From contig JAZQDV010000013.1 of assembly GCA_045546975.1 (NCBI GenBank), forward strand, positions 58,013 to 122,012: 64,000 nucleotides of DNA, in the 5' to 3' direction. A program made the translations under genes and the position numbers. Shown piece by piece: positions 28,612-39,498 of the stretch; the first letter of the stretch is position 1, and each line of letters starts with the position of its first letter. This DNA is from Eubacteriales bacterium (GTDB lineage: Bacteria > Bacillota > Clostridia > Oscillospirales > JAAYXM01). Below the pieces are notes generated by a model. It made no database searches and had not been told where the DNA came from. It saw nothing but the letters and a program-made list of their open reading frames with translations.

Positions 28612-29886
28612 TTATCCGATGATTTCGCGGCCGCCCATATACTTGCGGAGTGCTTCTGGAACGATTACCTTTCCGTCTGCGGTCTGGTAGTTTTCGAGGA
28701 TAGCTGCAACCGTTCTTCCGATAGCAACGCCTGAGCCGTTGAGCGTATGGACAAGCTGCGGCTTTGCACCGTTCTCCGCACGGTAGCGGATAGATGCGCG
28801 ACGTGCCTGGTAGTCCTCAAAGTTTGAGCAGGAAGAGATTTCAAGGTATCTGCCATAGGATGGCATCCATACCTCTATGTCGTATGTCTTTGCTGCAGAG
28901 AAGCCCATATCACCTGCCGAGAGACAAACCACACGGTACGGGAGACCGAGGGATGAGAGTACAAACTCTGCATCGTTTGTGAGCTTTTCAAGCTCGTCGT
29001 ATGATTCCTCAGGCTTTGCAAACTTTACAAGCTCTACCTTGTTAAACTGGTGCTGGCGGATAAGTCCGCGCGTGTCACGGCCGGCGCTTCCTGCCTCTGC
29101 GCGGAAGCATGCAGAATATGCACAGTATTTGATTGTGAGATCATCACCTGAGAGAATTTCGTCACGGTGCATATTGGTTACCGGAACCTCTGCCGTCGGA
29201 ACAAGGAAATAGTCCTCGTTTTCGAGGTGGAAAGCATCCTCTTCAAACTTCGGAAGCTGTCCTGTTCCCGTCATTGATGCGCGGTTTACCATAAACGGCG
29301 GAAAAACCTCTGTGTATCCGCGGCTTGTGTGTGTATCAAGATAGAAGTTTATAACTGCGCGTTCAAGTGCCGCACCTGCCCCCTTATAAAAATGGAAGCG
29401 TGCGCCTGTAACTTTTGCAGCAGTTGTCGGGTCTAAAATCCCAAGCTCCTCACCGATGTCCCAGTGTGCCTTCGGCTCAAAGTCAAACTCGCGCGGGGTT
29501 CCGTTTCGTCTTACCTCAACGTTGCTTTCAGAGTCAGGACCGTCAGGAATAGATTCGTTCGGGATGTTCGGGATAACGAGTATTGCGCGGTTGAGCTCCT
29601 CCTCTACCGTTTTTACCTCTGCATCAAGGTTCTTTATCTCTTCTGCAAGCTCCTTGAGAGATGCAAAAATCGGAGCGGTGTCCTTTCCTTCCTTCTTCAG
29701 CATCGGAATTTTCTTTGATTCTGCGTTCTGATTCGCCTTTATCGCCTCGCTTTTGCCGAGAATCTCACGACGACGGGCGTCAAGCTCCAAAACCTTATCA
29801 ATATCTGCAGAATAATCCTTGCAGCGGCGCGCAAGTGCCGCCTTTACCTTTTCGGGATTTTCTCTTATTACTTTAATGTCGAGCAT
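28612..29886 (-). CDS. serS: Serine--tRNA ligase
   Basis: 424 aa. [21 protein letters not shown] begins an N-terminal coiled coil. Class II motifs are present ([30 protein letters not shown]). Confidence 0.95.
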   Translation of the reverse strand: MLDIKVIRENPEKVKAALARRCKDYSADIDKVLELDARRREILGKSEAIKANQNAESKKIPMLKKEGKDTAPIFASLKELAEEIKNLDAEVKTVEEELNRAILVIPNIPNESIPDGPDSESNVEVRRNGTPREFDFEPKAHWDIGEELGILDPTTAAKVTGARFHFYKGAGAALERAVINFYLDTHTSRGYTEVFPPFMVNRASMTGTGQLPKFEEDAFHLENEDYFLVPTAEVPVTNMHRDEILSGDDLTIKYCAYSACFRAEAGSAGRDTRGLIRQHQFNKVELVKFAKPEESYDELEKLTNDAEFVLSSLGLPYRVVCLSAGDMGFSAAKTYDIEVWMPSYGRYLEISSCSNFEDYQARRASIRYRAENGAKPQLVHTLNGSGVAIGRTVAAILENYQTADGKVIVPEALRKYMGGREIIG

Positions 29887-29903
29887 TTCTTTTCACGTTC
29901 CTT

Positions 29904-30308
29904 TTATTTTATGGAGTTATATAGTTTTTTGTCATTTTCCGAAAGATATTCATAATATCCTTCCGTCTCAAAGGCAGAAATCGCTGTTCTGAAAGCAGTA
30001 TTCTTCCTTTTGAGCTTATATTCCAAAATCTGTGAGAGCTTCTGTGACGCAACAAGGCTTTTTTCCGCCTTTTCTTTTGCTTCAGTAAGCTCTAAAACTT
30101 CATTTTTAAGTCTTGCGTTCTCCGTCATAACGGCATCAAGTCTCATTTTGCTGTCTGTTGCACTTGTTTCCGCACTGAGAAGTCTGTCTGCCTCGTGCTC
30201 GCTTCGTTTCTGCGAATATGCGGCAAGGAGTATGAGAGATACGGCAAAAACAAAAATCGCTATGCAATAGACAATAAGAAAGCGTTTGCTTTTTTCTTTT
30301 TCTGTCAT
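29904..30308 (-). CDS. Hypothetical membrane-anchored coiled-coil protein
   Basis: 134 aa with one N-terminal TM helix followed by a heptad-like segment. It is packed between parB and serS. Confidence 0.55.
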   Translation of the reverse strand: MTEKEKSKRFLIVYCIAIFVFAVSLILLAAYSQKRSEHEADRLLSAETSATDSKMRLDAVMTENARLKNEVLELTEAKEKAEKSLVASQKLSQILEYKLKRKNTAFRTAISAFETEGYYEYLSENDKKLYNSIK

Positions 30309-30322
30309 TTTCGTTTCTCTCC

Positions 30323-31189
30323 TTACTTCTTAATGCGCTTCAGTGCGGAAATCAGGAGGTCAAGGTCGTCATTTCCGTAGTATTCAAGCTCAATTTTGCC
30401 CTTTTTCTTGCCGTGGTGGAGCTTTACCTTTCTTCCGAGGGACTTTGTGAGGTCGCGCTCGAGACTTGCAATATAGTCCACTTTTACCTCTTTTTCGGGC
30501 TTTTTCTCCGTTTTTCCCGAAAGGAGACGGCGTACAAGCTCTTCCGTCTGTCTTACGTTGAGGCCGTGCTCGGAAACGTAGTTTGCTGCAGCATCCTGCT
30601 TCTCCTTAGGAAGAGAGAGAATAACCTTTGCGTGTCCTCTCTCAATTTTCCCTTCACGCAAAAGTGCAAGAGCTTCAGGAGAAAGTGCGAGAAGGCGCAT
30701 TGCGTTTGTAAGCGTTGAGCGTGATTTTCCCAGTCTTTCAGCCGCTTCCTCTTGCGTTAGGCCAAACTCCTCAATAAGAGCCTTTATCCCCTCTGCCTCT
30801 TCAACGGCATTGAGGTTTTCGCGCTGGAGATTCTCAATTAACGCAAGCTCTGAAACCTCGCGGTCTGTCGCTTCTATTATAACCGCAGGGACTTCCGTGA
30901 GTCCTGCGCGCTTTGCCGCACGGAAACGCCGCTCACCTGCGATTATTTCATACCTCTCACCTGCTTTTCTGCGCAGTGCAAGAGGTTGCAGGATTCCATG
31001 TACCTTTATGGATTCTGCAAGCTCAGAGAGTGAATCCTCATAAAAGAGCTTTCTCGGCTGATTTTTGTTAGGGTCAATATCTGTTATTTTTATAAGGTTT
31101 GTCTCCTGTGATGAGGAAACCTCATTTTCAGCAGAAAGGTCACTTCCGAACAGTACGTCGAGACCTTTTCCAAGACCTTTTTTGACCAA
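30323..31189 (-). CDS. parB: Chromosome partitioning protein ParB/Spo0J
   Basis: 288 aa with the ParB box GILQPLALR...YEIIAGERRFRAAK and an HTH region. Confidence 0.9.
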   Translation of the reverse strand: MVKKGLGKGLDVLFGSDLSAENEVSSSQETNLIKITDIDPNKNQPRKLFYEDSLSELAESIKVHGILQPLALRRKAGERYEIIAGERRFRAAKRAGLTEVPAVIIEATDREVSELALIENLQRENLNAVEEAEGIKALIEEFGLTQEEAAERLGKSRSTLTNAMRLLALSPEALALLREGKIERGHAKVILSLPKEKQDAAANYVSEHGLNVRQTEELVRRLLSGKTEKKPEKEVKVDYIASLERDLTKSLGRKVKLHHGKKKGKIELEYYGNDDLDLLISALKRIKK

Positions 31190-31201
31190 AGTCTTCGCCT
31201 C

Positions 31202-31960
31202 CTACCTGTTTTTCTCGCAAAGCTCCTCTGCAAGGCGCATATAGCAGTCCGCGCCGCGAGAGTGCTTATCGTATTCCATAATCGGCTTTCCGTGACTCGG
31301 AGCCTCTGCAAGGCGAACGTTCCTGGGAATTGTTACGGAAAACACCTTTTTGGGAAAATATCTCTTTATTTCCTGAGCTATCTGAACCGAAAGGTTTGTA
31401 CGGGAGTCAAACATTGTAAGAAGCACTCCCTCTATATCAAGCTCGGGGTTTAATGCTTTTCTTATTGTTGATATCGTTGATGTGAGGGCCGAAAGTCCTT
31501 CAAGCGCGTAAAAACCGCAGTCTACGGGGACAATTACTGAACCCGCTGCGCAAAGTGAGTTTATCGTGAGCATACCGAGAGACGGCGGACAGTCGATTAT
31601 GATGTAATCGTAATTATCCGAGACCTTACGCAGCGCATCTCTCAGGATAAAATGGCGGTTTGGGATGTCCGCAAGCTCAAGCTCTGCCGCCGCAAGATTC
31701 GTACTTGCCGGCAGAACATCACCATACGGCGTTTTTCTGATAACCTCGCTTGTTTCAACCGAGTTTATCATAACATCATAAACCGTAGGCTTACCGTCGT
31801 GCTTATTTACGCCAAAGCCGATTCCCGAATGGCCCTGAGGGTCCATGTCCACAAGCAATACGCGTTTTTTAAGTATATGGAGAGCTGCGGCAAGGTTGAC
31901 GCAGGTGGTGGTTTTACCAACTCCGCCCTTCTGATTTGCAACAGCTATAATTTTCGCCAT
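31202..31960 (-). CDS. soj: Chromosome partitioning ATPase ParA/Soj
   Basis: The start [18 protein letters not shown] (deviant Walker A) follows GGAGGTGAGG. Confidence 0.9.
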   Translation of the reverse strand: MAKIIAVANQKGGVGKTTTCVNLAAALHILKKRVLLVDMDPQGHSGIGFGVNKHDGKPTVYDVMINSVETSEVIRKTPYGDVLPASTNLAAAELELADIPNRHFILRDALRKVSDNYDYIIIDCPPSLGMLTINSLCAAGSVIVPVDCGFYALEGLSALTSTISTIRKALNPELDIEGVLLTMFDSRTNLSVQIAQEIKRYFPKKVFSVTIPRNVRLAEAPSHGKPIMEYDKHSRGADCYMRLAEELCEKNR

Positions 31961-32041
31961 GTGGTCCTCACCTCCGAAACTGTTTTTATTATAACACTTT
32001 ACGCTATAAAGTGCAATAAAAAACACAATAAAAAAGCAGAG

Positions 32042-32057
32042 TGTTCCACGTGGAACA
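32042..32057. promoter_or_regulatory. parS site 1 (perfect 16-bp palindrome TGTTCCACGTGGAACA)
   Basis: It matches the Firmicutes parS consensus TGTTNCACGTGAAACA at 15 of the 15 specified positions minus one, with one A-to-G change that makes the palindrome perfect. It lies upstream of soj. Confidence 0.85.
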
Positions 32058-32088
32058 CTCTGCTTCGGTTTTATCTTTATCTCTGCGA

Positions 32089-32104
32089 TGTTCCACGTGG
32101 AACA
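32089..32104. promoter_or_regulatory. parS site 2 (identical 16-mer)
   Basis: This is a second exact copy, 47 bp from the first. Confidence 0.85.
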
Positions 32105-32187
32105 TCGCAAAATGTCATATTCCGGATTTTGAGTTTTTACAACAAAACACCCGGGTTTTTAAGAAAACTCGGGTGTTTTCGCACAAA

Positions 32188-32910
32188 TTAAAGAACTTTT
32201 CCGAGAAAAGCTTTGAGCCTCGGGCTCTTCGGATTTTCAAAAATTTGATCAGGTGTGCCGCTCTCGGCGATAACGCCCTCGTCCATAAACAGAACGCGAG
32301 TTGCAACCTCACGCGCAAAGCCCATCTCGTGAGTAACAACGACCATCGTCATTCCCTCGTCCGCAAGCTCTCGCATAATCTCGAGTACCTCGCCTACCAT
32401 TTCAGGGTCAAGAGCACTCGTCGGCTCGTCAAAGAGCATAACGGCAGGGTTCATCGCAAGAGCGCGTGCTATCGCGATTCTCTGCTGCTGACCTCCCGAG
32501 AGCTGACCGGGGTATGCATCCGCCTTTTCAGGAAGCCCTACACGCAAAAGAAGTTCCTCTGCCCTTTTGTCCGCCTCCGCCTCGCTCATAAGCTTAAGCT
32601 TTACAGGTGCAAGTTTAATATTTTCCTTCACCGTCATGTGCGGGAAAAGGTTAAACTGCTGGAAAACCATTCCCATCTTCTGACGAAGCTTGTTTATGTC
32701 ATTCTTCGGGTCAGTTATATCGGTACCTTCAAAATAGATATTTCCCCCTGTCGGCTGTTCAAGAAGGTTGAGACAGCGGAGAAATGTGGACTTTCCGGAA
32801 CCCGAAGCGCCGATTATAACTACTTTTTCGCCCTTTTTGATATGCTCATCAATGCCGCAGAGTACCTTATGGTCACCAAACGCCTTCTCAAGGCCCTTAA
32901 CGTTTATCAC
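32188..32910 (-). CDS. Amino acid ABC transporter ATP-binding protein (GlnQ-like)
   Basis: Walker [10 protein letters not shown], signature LSGGQQQR and Walker [12 protein letters not shown] are present. The GTG at 32910 ([12 protein letters not shown]) is preferred; the ORF-track ATG at 32940 is the alternative. Confidence 0.85.
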   Translation of the reverse strand: MINVKGLEKAFGDHKVLCGIDEHIKKGEKVVIIGASGSGKSTFLRCLNLLEQPTGGNIYFEGTDITDPKNDINKLRQKMGMVFQQFNLFPHMTVKENIKLAPVKLKLMSEAEADKRAEELLLRVGLPEKADAYPGQLSGGQQQRIAIARALAMNPAVMLFDEPTSALDPEMVGEVLEIMRELADEGMTMVVVTHEMGFAREVATRVLFMDEGVIAESGTPDQIFENPKSPRLKAFLGKVL

Positions 32911-33676
32911 TTTCGCGAAGCCTCCTCTCCAAAATTCCAAGAAGCTTTGTAAGAATCATAACGATTATGAGATAGATTATGGCAAGGCTTATGTACGGAA
33001 TAACCGGCGTGTATGCCTTACTTACGATTACCTGTGCCGCCTTTGTTACATCCTGAAGCGCAATAACGGTAACAAGCGAGGTCTCCTTAAGAAGTGCAAT
33101 GAGCTCGTTTCCGAGTGCCGGAAGGATGTTTTTGAAAGCCTGCGGAACGATAATGTATGACATCGTCTGTCTGTAATTGAGGCCAAGGCTTCTTCCCGCC
33201 TCCATCTGTCCCGCGGAAATCGACATAATTCCCGAGCGCGCGATTTCTGCAACGTATGCGCCCGAGTTGATGCCGAGCGTAATGATGGCGCAAAGCACCG
33301 TCTGTACCTCGCCCTTTGGCACCATTACTACAAATCCCATAATAAGAAGCTGAACCATAAGCGGGGTTCCGCGAAGCACCGTTACATATATCTTGCATAT
33401 TGAATTGAGTATGCGAAGGATTATATTGGGCTTTTTGCGCGCGCTGTCGTGGGTTGAACGGATAATTGCAACAAGCATACCGATTATAACACCGATGACA
33501 AGTGCACCTATTGTTACGATAAAGGTCGTTGCAAGACCGTCTGTGAAGAATTTCCAGCGGTTTTCATACACAAAAACCTGGAAGAACTGGAAACAGAGCC
33601 TTTGCAGACTTTCCGGGAGGGAGAGAATCCACTCGGGCGCCGCCTCTATCCATTTGGCAAAAGTGAGTACTGTCAA
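32897..33676 (-). CDS. Amino acid ABC transporter permease (His/Glu/Gln/Arg/opine family)
   Basis: 259 aa, polytopic, with an EAA-like loop [23 protein letters not shown]. Confidence 0.85.
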   Translation of the reverse strand: MTVLTFAKWIEAAPEWILSLPESLQRLCFQFFQVFVYENRWKFFTDGLATTFIVTIGALVIGVIIGMLVAIIRSTHDSARKKPNIILRILNSICKIYVTVLRGTPLMVQLLIMGFVVMVPKGEVQTVLCAIITLGINSGAYVAEIARSGIMSISAGQMEAGRSLGLNYRQTMSYIIVPQAFKNILPALGNELIALLKETSLVTVIALQDVTKAAQVIVSKAYTPVIPYISLAIIYLIIVMILTKLLGILERRLRESDKR

Positions 33677-33749
33677 GAGTAGCTCACACTCCTTTCTGTT
33701 AAAAAAGGGGACGGTTTTTCCGCCCCCTTAAATCTCTAAATATTAAAGA

Positions 33750-34505
33750 TTATTCAGCCTTTATGTACTTTCCGATGATTTCGTCGATCTTGCCCTCAGC
33801 CTTGAGTTCTGCAAGTGCGCCGTTAACCTTTTCGAGAAGCTCTGTGTTTTCCTTTGCGATAGCAGCAGCATAGTCCTCAACTGCGAACTCTGTCTCAAGG
33901 ATCTTGAGGCCTTCGTTTGCCTCGACAAATGCCTTTGCCGGCTCATTGTCGATAACAACGCAGTCAACCTGACCGTTCTTAAGAGCAGCTACTGCGAGAG
34001 CACCGTTGTCATAACGAGCAACTGCATCTTCGCCATATCCGCCGTTCTCAGGTGTGTCTGAGCAGTAGATATCGCCTGTTGTGCCTGTCTGAACACCGAT
34101 CTTCTTGCCTTCGAGATCGTCAATGGAGGCGATTTCGCTATCCTCTGCAACAATAACTACCTGAATACCTGTTGCATAAGAATCTGTGAAGTTTACGCTT
34201 TCCTTACGCTCTTCAGTAACTGTCATACCTGCAAGAACGATGTCTACCGAGCCTGTGGAAACAGCAGTGATAAGAGAATCAAAAGCCATGTCCTTGATTT
34301 CGAGCTCCATGCCAAGCTTTTCTGCAACAGCAGCAGCGATTTCAGCATCGATACCGACAACTGCGTTGTTCTCGTCAACGAATTCGTACGGCGGGAAAGC
34401 AGCATTTGTGCCCATTGTAAGTGTCTCGACTTCAGTTTTTTCACAGCCAACAAAAGCCATGAGCATCATAGCCACAAGAGCTAAAGCCAAAATTTTCTTT
34501 GTCAT
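33750..34505 (-). CDS. Amino acid ABC transporter substrate-binding lipoprotein
   Basis: 251 aa with lipobox FVGC. The sequence is PBP type II-like (AFPPYEF...GIDAEIA...DIVLAGMT). Confidence 0.85.
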   Translation of the reverse strand: MTKKILALALVAMMLMAFVGCEKTEVETLTMGTNAAFPPYEFVDENNAVVGIDAEIAAAVAEKLGMELEIKDMAFDSLITAVSTGSVDIVLAGMTVTEERKESVNFTDSYATGIQVVIVAEDSEIASIDDLEGKKIGVQTGTTGDIYCSDTPENGGYGEDAVARYDNGALAVAALKNGQVDCVVIDNEPAKAFVEANEGLKILETEFAVEDYAAAIAKENTELLEKVNGALAELKAEGKIDEIIGKYIKAE

Positions 34506-34593
34506 TTATAATGACCTCCCAAAATATGTAGTTTTTGAGGTTTTATTCACCTCGCGGGAATTATTATACCACACGGTTTTCAAAAAGTAAAGA

Positions 34594-34628
34594 AAAACCG
34601 CTTTCTTTTTGAAGAAAGCGGTTTTTTA
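34594..34628. terminator. Bidirectional terminator
   Basis: Stem aaaccgctttctt/aagaaagcggttt sits 3' of the DUF1846 gene. Confidence 0.75.
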
Positions 34629-34631
34629 TTC

Positions 34632-36119
34632 TTATCTGTAGTATAAATTCTTGGTCTGACGGCGCGGCTCACAGGTTAAGTTTATGCCGAGTTTTCGGTA
34701 AACATCGAGGTCAACCTGAGAGAGAATTACCGTTGAGTGTGCCTCGCACCGTCTCAAAGACTCAAGCTTACTCGTCGCAAGGGCAGCGTCGGCATTCTGC
34801 GATGCCGCAACGGTGAGCGCAATCAAAACCTCGTCTGAATGCAGGCGCGGGTTATGATTTCCGAGAATCTCCGTTTTAAGCGCCTGAATCGGCTCAATAA
34901 CCTCAGGCGGAATCAGGTGAATGGAATCGTCTATATTGCCGAGCGCCTTCACTGCATTGAGAAGTGCAGATGCCGACGGACCTAAAAGCTTTGTATTTTT
35001 TCCCGTTATGATTCTTCCGTCAGGAAGCTCGATTGCTATTGCAGGCTCGCCGCCTGTCGCCTCGCTCTTTGCAAGAGCTGCGCCAACGACTGCGCGCTCA
35101 TCAGGGGTAACCCCTGCCTGCTTCATAAGAAGCTCTACCTTGTTTACGGCGCTATCTGTACCGCGGCCGAGCTTTTTATCACACATTACGGAGAAATAGC
35201 GGCGGATAATTTCACTTTTTGAAGCTTCCTGGACTGCGTCGTCGTCAATTATACACGACCCTGCCATATTTACACCCATATCCGTCGGGGAATTATACGG
35301 GCTTTTACCTAAAATCTTTTCAAACATCGCGCGAAGTACGGGGAAAACCTCGATATCGCGGTTGTAGTTTACGGTTGTCTCTCCGTATGCCTCAAGGTGG
35401 TACGGGTCAATCATATTGACATCGTCAAGGTCTGCCGTTGCCGCCTCGTATGCGAGGTTTACGGGGTGCTTAAGCGGTATATTCCATATCGGGAACGTCT
35501 CAAACTTCGCATATCCCGCGGAAATTCCGCGTGTATACTCGTGATAGAGCTGAGAAAGACACGTGCACATCTTTCCGCTGCCAGGTCCCGGTGCCGTAAC
35601 AACAACGAGCGGACGGGTTGTCTCAATATAATCGTTCTTCCCAAAGCCCTCGGGACTTACTATATGTGAAATATTTATGGGATAGCCTTCAATATCGTAG
35701 TGCAGATATACTCGCATACCGAGCTCTACAAGCTTTTTGCGGAAGGAGTCGGCGCTCGGCTGCTCATTATACCTTGAAATAACGACGCTTCCAACGTACA
35801 AACCGCTTGCGCGGAATGCATCGATAAGACGCAAAACGTCGCTGTCGTATGTAATACCGAGGTCATTTCTGACCTTGTTTTTCACGATATCCGTCGCGCT
35901 GATTACAATAACTATCTCAGCATCGTCGGAAAGGCTCTTGAGCATCTGGAGCTTACTGTCAGGCTCAAAGCCGGGAAGTACACGGGACGCGTGGAAGTCG
36001 TCAAAAAGCTTGCCGCCAAACTCGAGATAGAGCTTGCCGCCAAATTCCTCAATCCTCTCCCTGATGTGTGCCGACTGCTTTTTTATATATGCGTCGTTAT
36101 CAAAGCCACGCTTCCACAT
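34632..36119 (-). CDS. DUF1846 (UPF0371) family protein
   Basis: MWKRGFDNDAYIKKQSAHIRERI...EFGGKLFDDFHASRVLPGF is typical of this family. The ATG at 36119 follows GGAGGGG. Confidence 0.7.
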   Translation of the reverse strand: MWKRGFDNDAYIKKQSAHIRERIEEFGGKLYLEFGGKLFDDFHASRVLPGFEPDSKLQMLKSLSDDAEIVIVISATDIVKNKVRNDLGITYDSDVLRLIDAFRASGLYVGSVVISRYNEQPSADSFRKKLVELGMRVYLHYDIEGYPINISHIVSPEGFGKNDYIETTRPLVVVTAPGPGSGKMCTCLSQLYHEYTRGISAGYAKFETFPIWNIPLKHPVNLAYEAATADLDDVNMIDPYHLEAYGETTVNYNRDIEVFPVLRAMFEKILGKSPYNSPTDMGVNMAGSCIIDDDAVQEASKSEIIRRYFSVMCDKKLGRGTDSAVNKVELLMKQAGVTPDERAVVGAALAKSEATGGEPAIAIELPDGRIITGKNTKLLGPSASALLNAVKALGNIDDSIHLIPPEVIEPIQALKTEILGNHNPRLHSDEVLIALTVAASQNADAALATSKLESLRRCEAHSTVILSQVDLDVYRKLGINLTCEPRRQTKNLYYR

Positions 36120-36264
36120 ATTCACCCCTCCGTCCGTATACATATACTAACTTATTTAGTTTATCACAAAAGAAAAAACAAAGCAAGATTTTACAAAAAT
36201 AATTCCCCTCCTGCTCGGAAGGGAACTGAATTTTGACAACATACAGTTATTTTTGCAGCAAATA

Positions 36265-37188
36265 TTACGCTTTGTTTTTGCTTTTTCTCGACGGGAGCTG
36301 AACAAATACGATTGCGGCAAACATTATTGCACAACCTGAAAGCTCGCGCGGAGAGAGTATTTCTCCTGAAAGCACCATTCCCGAAAGTGCGGCAAACACG
36401 GATTCCAAACTCATAATAATCGACGCAACAGTCGGGTTTTCCGAATACTGCTGGCCTATAATCTGAAGCGTATATGCAATACCGCACGAGAAAATACCGA
36501 GATAAAGTATGTACGGTATTGCCGCGACAATCTGTGAAGCCGTCGGTTTTTCAAATATTAGCATCATTACAAGGGAAAGCCCTCCGCCGATGACCAGCTG
36601 CATCATCGAGAGCTTAACTCCGTCAACGCGGTCGGAAAATTTATCTATACACATAATCTGAAGCGCAAATGCAAGCGCACAGACGAGAACAATGACATCC
36701 CCTATATAGATGCCCCCTCCGTTTCCGTTCACGCAAAGAAGGAACATTCCAAGCGTCGCAAGCGCCACTGCAAGCCAGATGTTTGCCGTGGGTCGTTTGC
36801 CAAGAAGAAGACCGAGAAGCGGCACCATAACGATATAAAGCGTTGTTATAAAGCCGGCTCTTCCCGAAGTTGCGGCCTCCGGCGGATATGTAAGCATTCC
36901 GAACTGCTGGAAGTTTGTCGCGATACACATAAATATTCCGCAGAAAATCCCGGCAATTATAAGGTCGCGGCGGCGGGTCTTATCCTTTTCGAAAACACCC
37001 GTTCCGTCCTTTTTCCCGCGCAGGGAAACAAGAGGCAGAAGCGTCAGGACGCCAACCCAGGAGCGAATTCCGTTTATTGCAAAAGGCGAGGGTAAAACTG
37101 CCCCCGCCTTATCCTGCATAACGAAAGATATACCCCAAAGAAGCGCCGCCAATATAAGTAGCAGGTTTCCTTTAAGATTACGGCTCAT
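36265..37188 (-). CDS. DMT (EamA) family transporter
   Basis: 307 aa with about ten TM segments and two EamA-like halves. Confidence 0.75.
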   Translation of the reverse strand: MSRNLKGNLLLILAALLWGISFVMQDKAGAVLPSPFAINGIRSWVGVLTLLPLVSLRGKKDGTGVFEKDKTRRRDLIIAGIFCGIFMCIATNFQQFGMLTYPPEAATSGRAGFITTLYIVMVPLLGLLLGKRPTANIWLAVALATLGMFLLCVNGNGGGIYIGDVIVLVCALAFALQIMCIDKFSDRVDGVKLSMMQLVIGGGLSLVMMLIFEKPTASQIVAAIPYILYLGIFSCGIAYTLQIIGQQYSENPTVASIIMSLESVFAALSGMVLSGEILSPRELSGCAIMFAAIVFVQLPSRKSKNKA

Positions 37189-37191
37189 AGC

Positions 37192-37947
37192 TTATCTTTC
37201 TTTGCTCCTTCTGAAGTTTCGCGCATCGGGACCTGTGTAGTTTATAACAACACGGCGGTTCGGCTCTACTCCGACAGATGATGTCGAAATATTTTCCATA
37301 CCCTGAAGCGTAACATGTACAATATGACGCTCGTATGCGTTCATCGGCTCAAGCGCCTTGTTTCTCTTATACTTTATAGCCTGGCTTGCTGCACGGCGTG
37401 CAAACTTCTCAAGTGCCTCGCTTCTCTTTGCGCGGTAGTTTTCAGCGTCGAGAGATATTCTCTTCTTCTCGCCGCCTGCACGGTTGATTGCAAGGTTTGT
37501 GAGGTGCTGAAGCGCATCAAGCGTCTCTCCGCGACGGCCGATAATACCACCGAGGTTTTCGCCTACGATGTCGTATCTTACGATACCGTCCTCTTCGCCT
37601 GTTTTTTCAATATGGGCGGTGCAACCGATATAACCGAAAACGTTTGTGAGAAATTCCTCTGCTGAAAGCTCGCCTGTTGCGGCAGCTACCTTCTTCTCTG
37701 CCTTTTTTACAGGCTTTTCTTCCTTCTTTTCTTCTTCAACATGGAGAAGAGCTTCAGGAATCTTGATATCGTCGTTTACTACTGTCATAAGTATCCTTGC
37801 TGGTACTGCGCCAATTCCGAGAAAGCCTGACTTCGGGTTTTCAAGCACCTCGACAGATACGTCACTCCTGTCACAGGAAAGTAAACCGAGTCCTTTTTCG
37901 ATAGCTTCATCTATGGTCTTGGCAACTACTTCAATGTTATTTGCCAT
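37192..37947 (-). CDS. jag: Jag/KhpB RNA-binding protein (Jag_N, KH, R3H)
   Basis: The start is MANNIEVVAKTIDEAIEKGL. The KH-like IGRRGETLDALQ motif and a C-terminal R3H region (ERHIVHVTL) are present. It lies downstream of yidC. Confidence 0.85.
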   Translation of the reverse strand: MANNIEVVAKTIDEAIEKGLGLLSCDRSDVSVEVLENPKSGFLGIGAVPARILMTVVNDDIKIPEALLHVEEEKKEEKPVKKAEKKVAAATGELSAEEFLTNVFGYIGCTAHIEKTGEEDGIVRYDIVGENLGGIIGRRGETLDALQHLTNLAINRAGGEKKRISLDAENYRAKRSEALEKFARRAASQAIKYKRNKALEPMNAYERHIVHVTLQGMENISTSSVGVEPNRRVVINYTGPDARNFRRSKER

Positions 37948-38806
37948 TTTTTGATTTCTCCTTCTGATCTTTATTTGCCGCCTTCTTCTTATAATATGCG
38001 GTAAGGCAAGGCTCCTGTATTGCTGTGAGAACATTGCTTATAATCCAGTAAAGGCCGAGTCCTGCGGGAACTGCAAAAGCGATCCATACGGACATAAGCG
38101 GCATAAGGAAGTTCATCATACCGTTTGTCTGTGCCGCCTGCTCTGTAACCTGCTTGCCCTGTCCTCTTCTCACAAGCCAACCCGAGAACCACGCAGAAAT
38201 ACCCGAAAGGGCAGGGATAATCCACATGGGAGTGATGTACTTGAAGTTCGGGATTTCAGAAAGGTCAAGACCGAGGAAGTTAAATGAAACGTCCTTTAAG
38301 TTTTCTGCAAAGGGAACAATAATATCCCTGAACTTTCCGAGATTTGACGCAATTGCGACCTCAAGCATAAATCCTGTTTTGTGCTCAATGCCTGCAACGC
38401 CGTTTTCAATAAGTGCGTTTGCAATCTGGGAGATAGTATCCGCCGAAAGACCGAAGATGTGTGTGAGCGGCTGACGGACGACGTTATAGAGACCTATCAT
38501 AATCGGGAGCGTGATAAGAAGCGGAAGGCATCCGCCGAACATGGAAACGCCCTCTTTTTTATAAAGCTTCTGCACCTCAAGGGAATAGCGCTCTTTATCG
38601 TCCTTGTACTTTGCCTCAAGCTCTTTTAATTTAGGCTGAAGTCTGTTCATTTCGAGCATACTCTTTTTGCTCTTCATCTGGAACGGCAGCATAATTATCT
38701 TTGAAAGTATTGTAAATAAGATAATTGCAAGACCGTATGAGCCGAGAAGGTTGTAGCACTGACGAAGTAGCCAACCAAACGGCTGTACAATAAGTGTATT
38801 AAACAT
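37937..38806 (-). CDS. yidC: Membrane protein insertase YidC/Oxa1 family
   Basis: 289 aa, polytopic, with a basic C-terminal tail and conserved synteny with yidD/rnpA. Confidence 0.9.
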   Translation of the reverse strand: MFNTLIVQPFGWLLRQCYNLLGSYGLAIILFTILSKIIMLPFQMKSKKSMLEMNRLQPKLKELEAKYKDDKERYSLEVQKLYKKEGVSMFGGCLPLLITLPIMIGLYNVVRQPLTHIFGLSADTISQIANALIENGVAGIEHKTGFMLEVAIASNLGKFRDIIVPFAENLKDVSFNFLGLDLSEIPNFKYITPMWIIPALSGISAWFSGWLVRRGQGKQVTEQAAQTNGMMNFLMPLMSVWIAFAVPAGLGLYWIISNVLTAIQEPCLTAYYKKKAANKDQKEKSKNGK

Positions 38807-38832
38807 AACTTTCCTTTCTAAACCTCGCGCCT

Positions 38833-39045
38833 TTAAGGAACGGGGTCATATCCGCTTTTTTTTGAAAACGGGTGGCAGCGTAATATCCGCCGAACTGCGA
38901 GATATCCACCCTTCAGTGCGCCGTATTTTTCTATCGCCTCAAGCGCGTACTGCGAGCAGGTCGGAATAAACCTGCAGCATGGAGATTTATTCGGCGATAT
39001 GGCGCGTCTGTAAAACTTTATAAGCGCTATGAGAAGACTCTTCAT
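38833..39045 (-). CDS. yidD: Membrane protein insertion efficiency factor YidD
   Basis: 70 aa with the motif [19 protein letters not shown]. Confidence 0.9.
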   Translation of the reverse strand: MKSLLIALIKFYRRAISPNKSPCCRFIPTCSQYALEAIEKYGALKGGYLAVRRILRCHPFSKKSGYDPVP

Positions 39046-39389
39046 TCCTGTTCTCCCCTGAGGATACCCAACCTCAGAGCCAGCTCGAGCAGGCTCTTCT
39101 CTATCTGTGAAAACGAAGCCTCAGCTGCGCGGACTCGTGCGACTATGACGATATCATATCCTGCGCTGAATTTTTCTTCGTTTAACCGATACGCCTCGCG
39201 GATGCGACGGCGCACGCTATTTCGCACAACGGCACAACCTACCTTTGTGCTGACCGTAATTCCTATACGGTTTTCGGTATTTTTGTTTTTTCGCACATAA
39301 ACTGCGAGCAGTGGAGTGACGGAGGATTTTCCCCGTCTGTAGAGATTTCTGAAATCTCTGTTTTCTTTAAGAGATACTGTGTTTTTCAT
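39042..39389 (-). CDS. rnpA: Ribonuclease P protein component
   Basis: The start is [22 protein letters not shown], with [25 protein letters not shown] further in. Confidence 0.9.
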   Translation of the reverse strand: MKNTVSLKENRDFRNLYRRGKSSVTPLLAVYVRKNKNTENRIGITVSTKVGCAVVRNSVRRRIREAYRLNEEKFSAGYDIVIVARVRAAEASFSQIEKSLLELALRLGILRGEQE

Positions 39390-39498
39390 TAAAACATCTC
39401 CATAAAAAGAAAAAGCCCCTGCCATATAATCAAGGCTTGCCGGGCTCTATCTTTTTGCGAAGCGGGCTGTATTCTGTTTTAGCTATCGCTTCGGATTT

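Noticed and set aside
29887-29903. I looked for a T-box leader or other riboswitch upstream of serS.
   Set aside because: Only 17 nt separate serS from the upstream gene, so no leader can be present. The observation is kept as an operon-structure finding instead.
32041-32952. A 303-aa plus-strand ORF spanning the parS region and the GlnQ-like gene.
   Set aside because: It lies entirely antisense to a well-supported ABC ATPase gene, has an Arg/Leu/Ser-rich biased composition, no RBS and no recognisable family.
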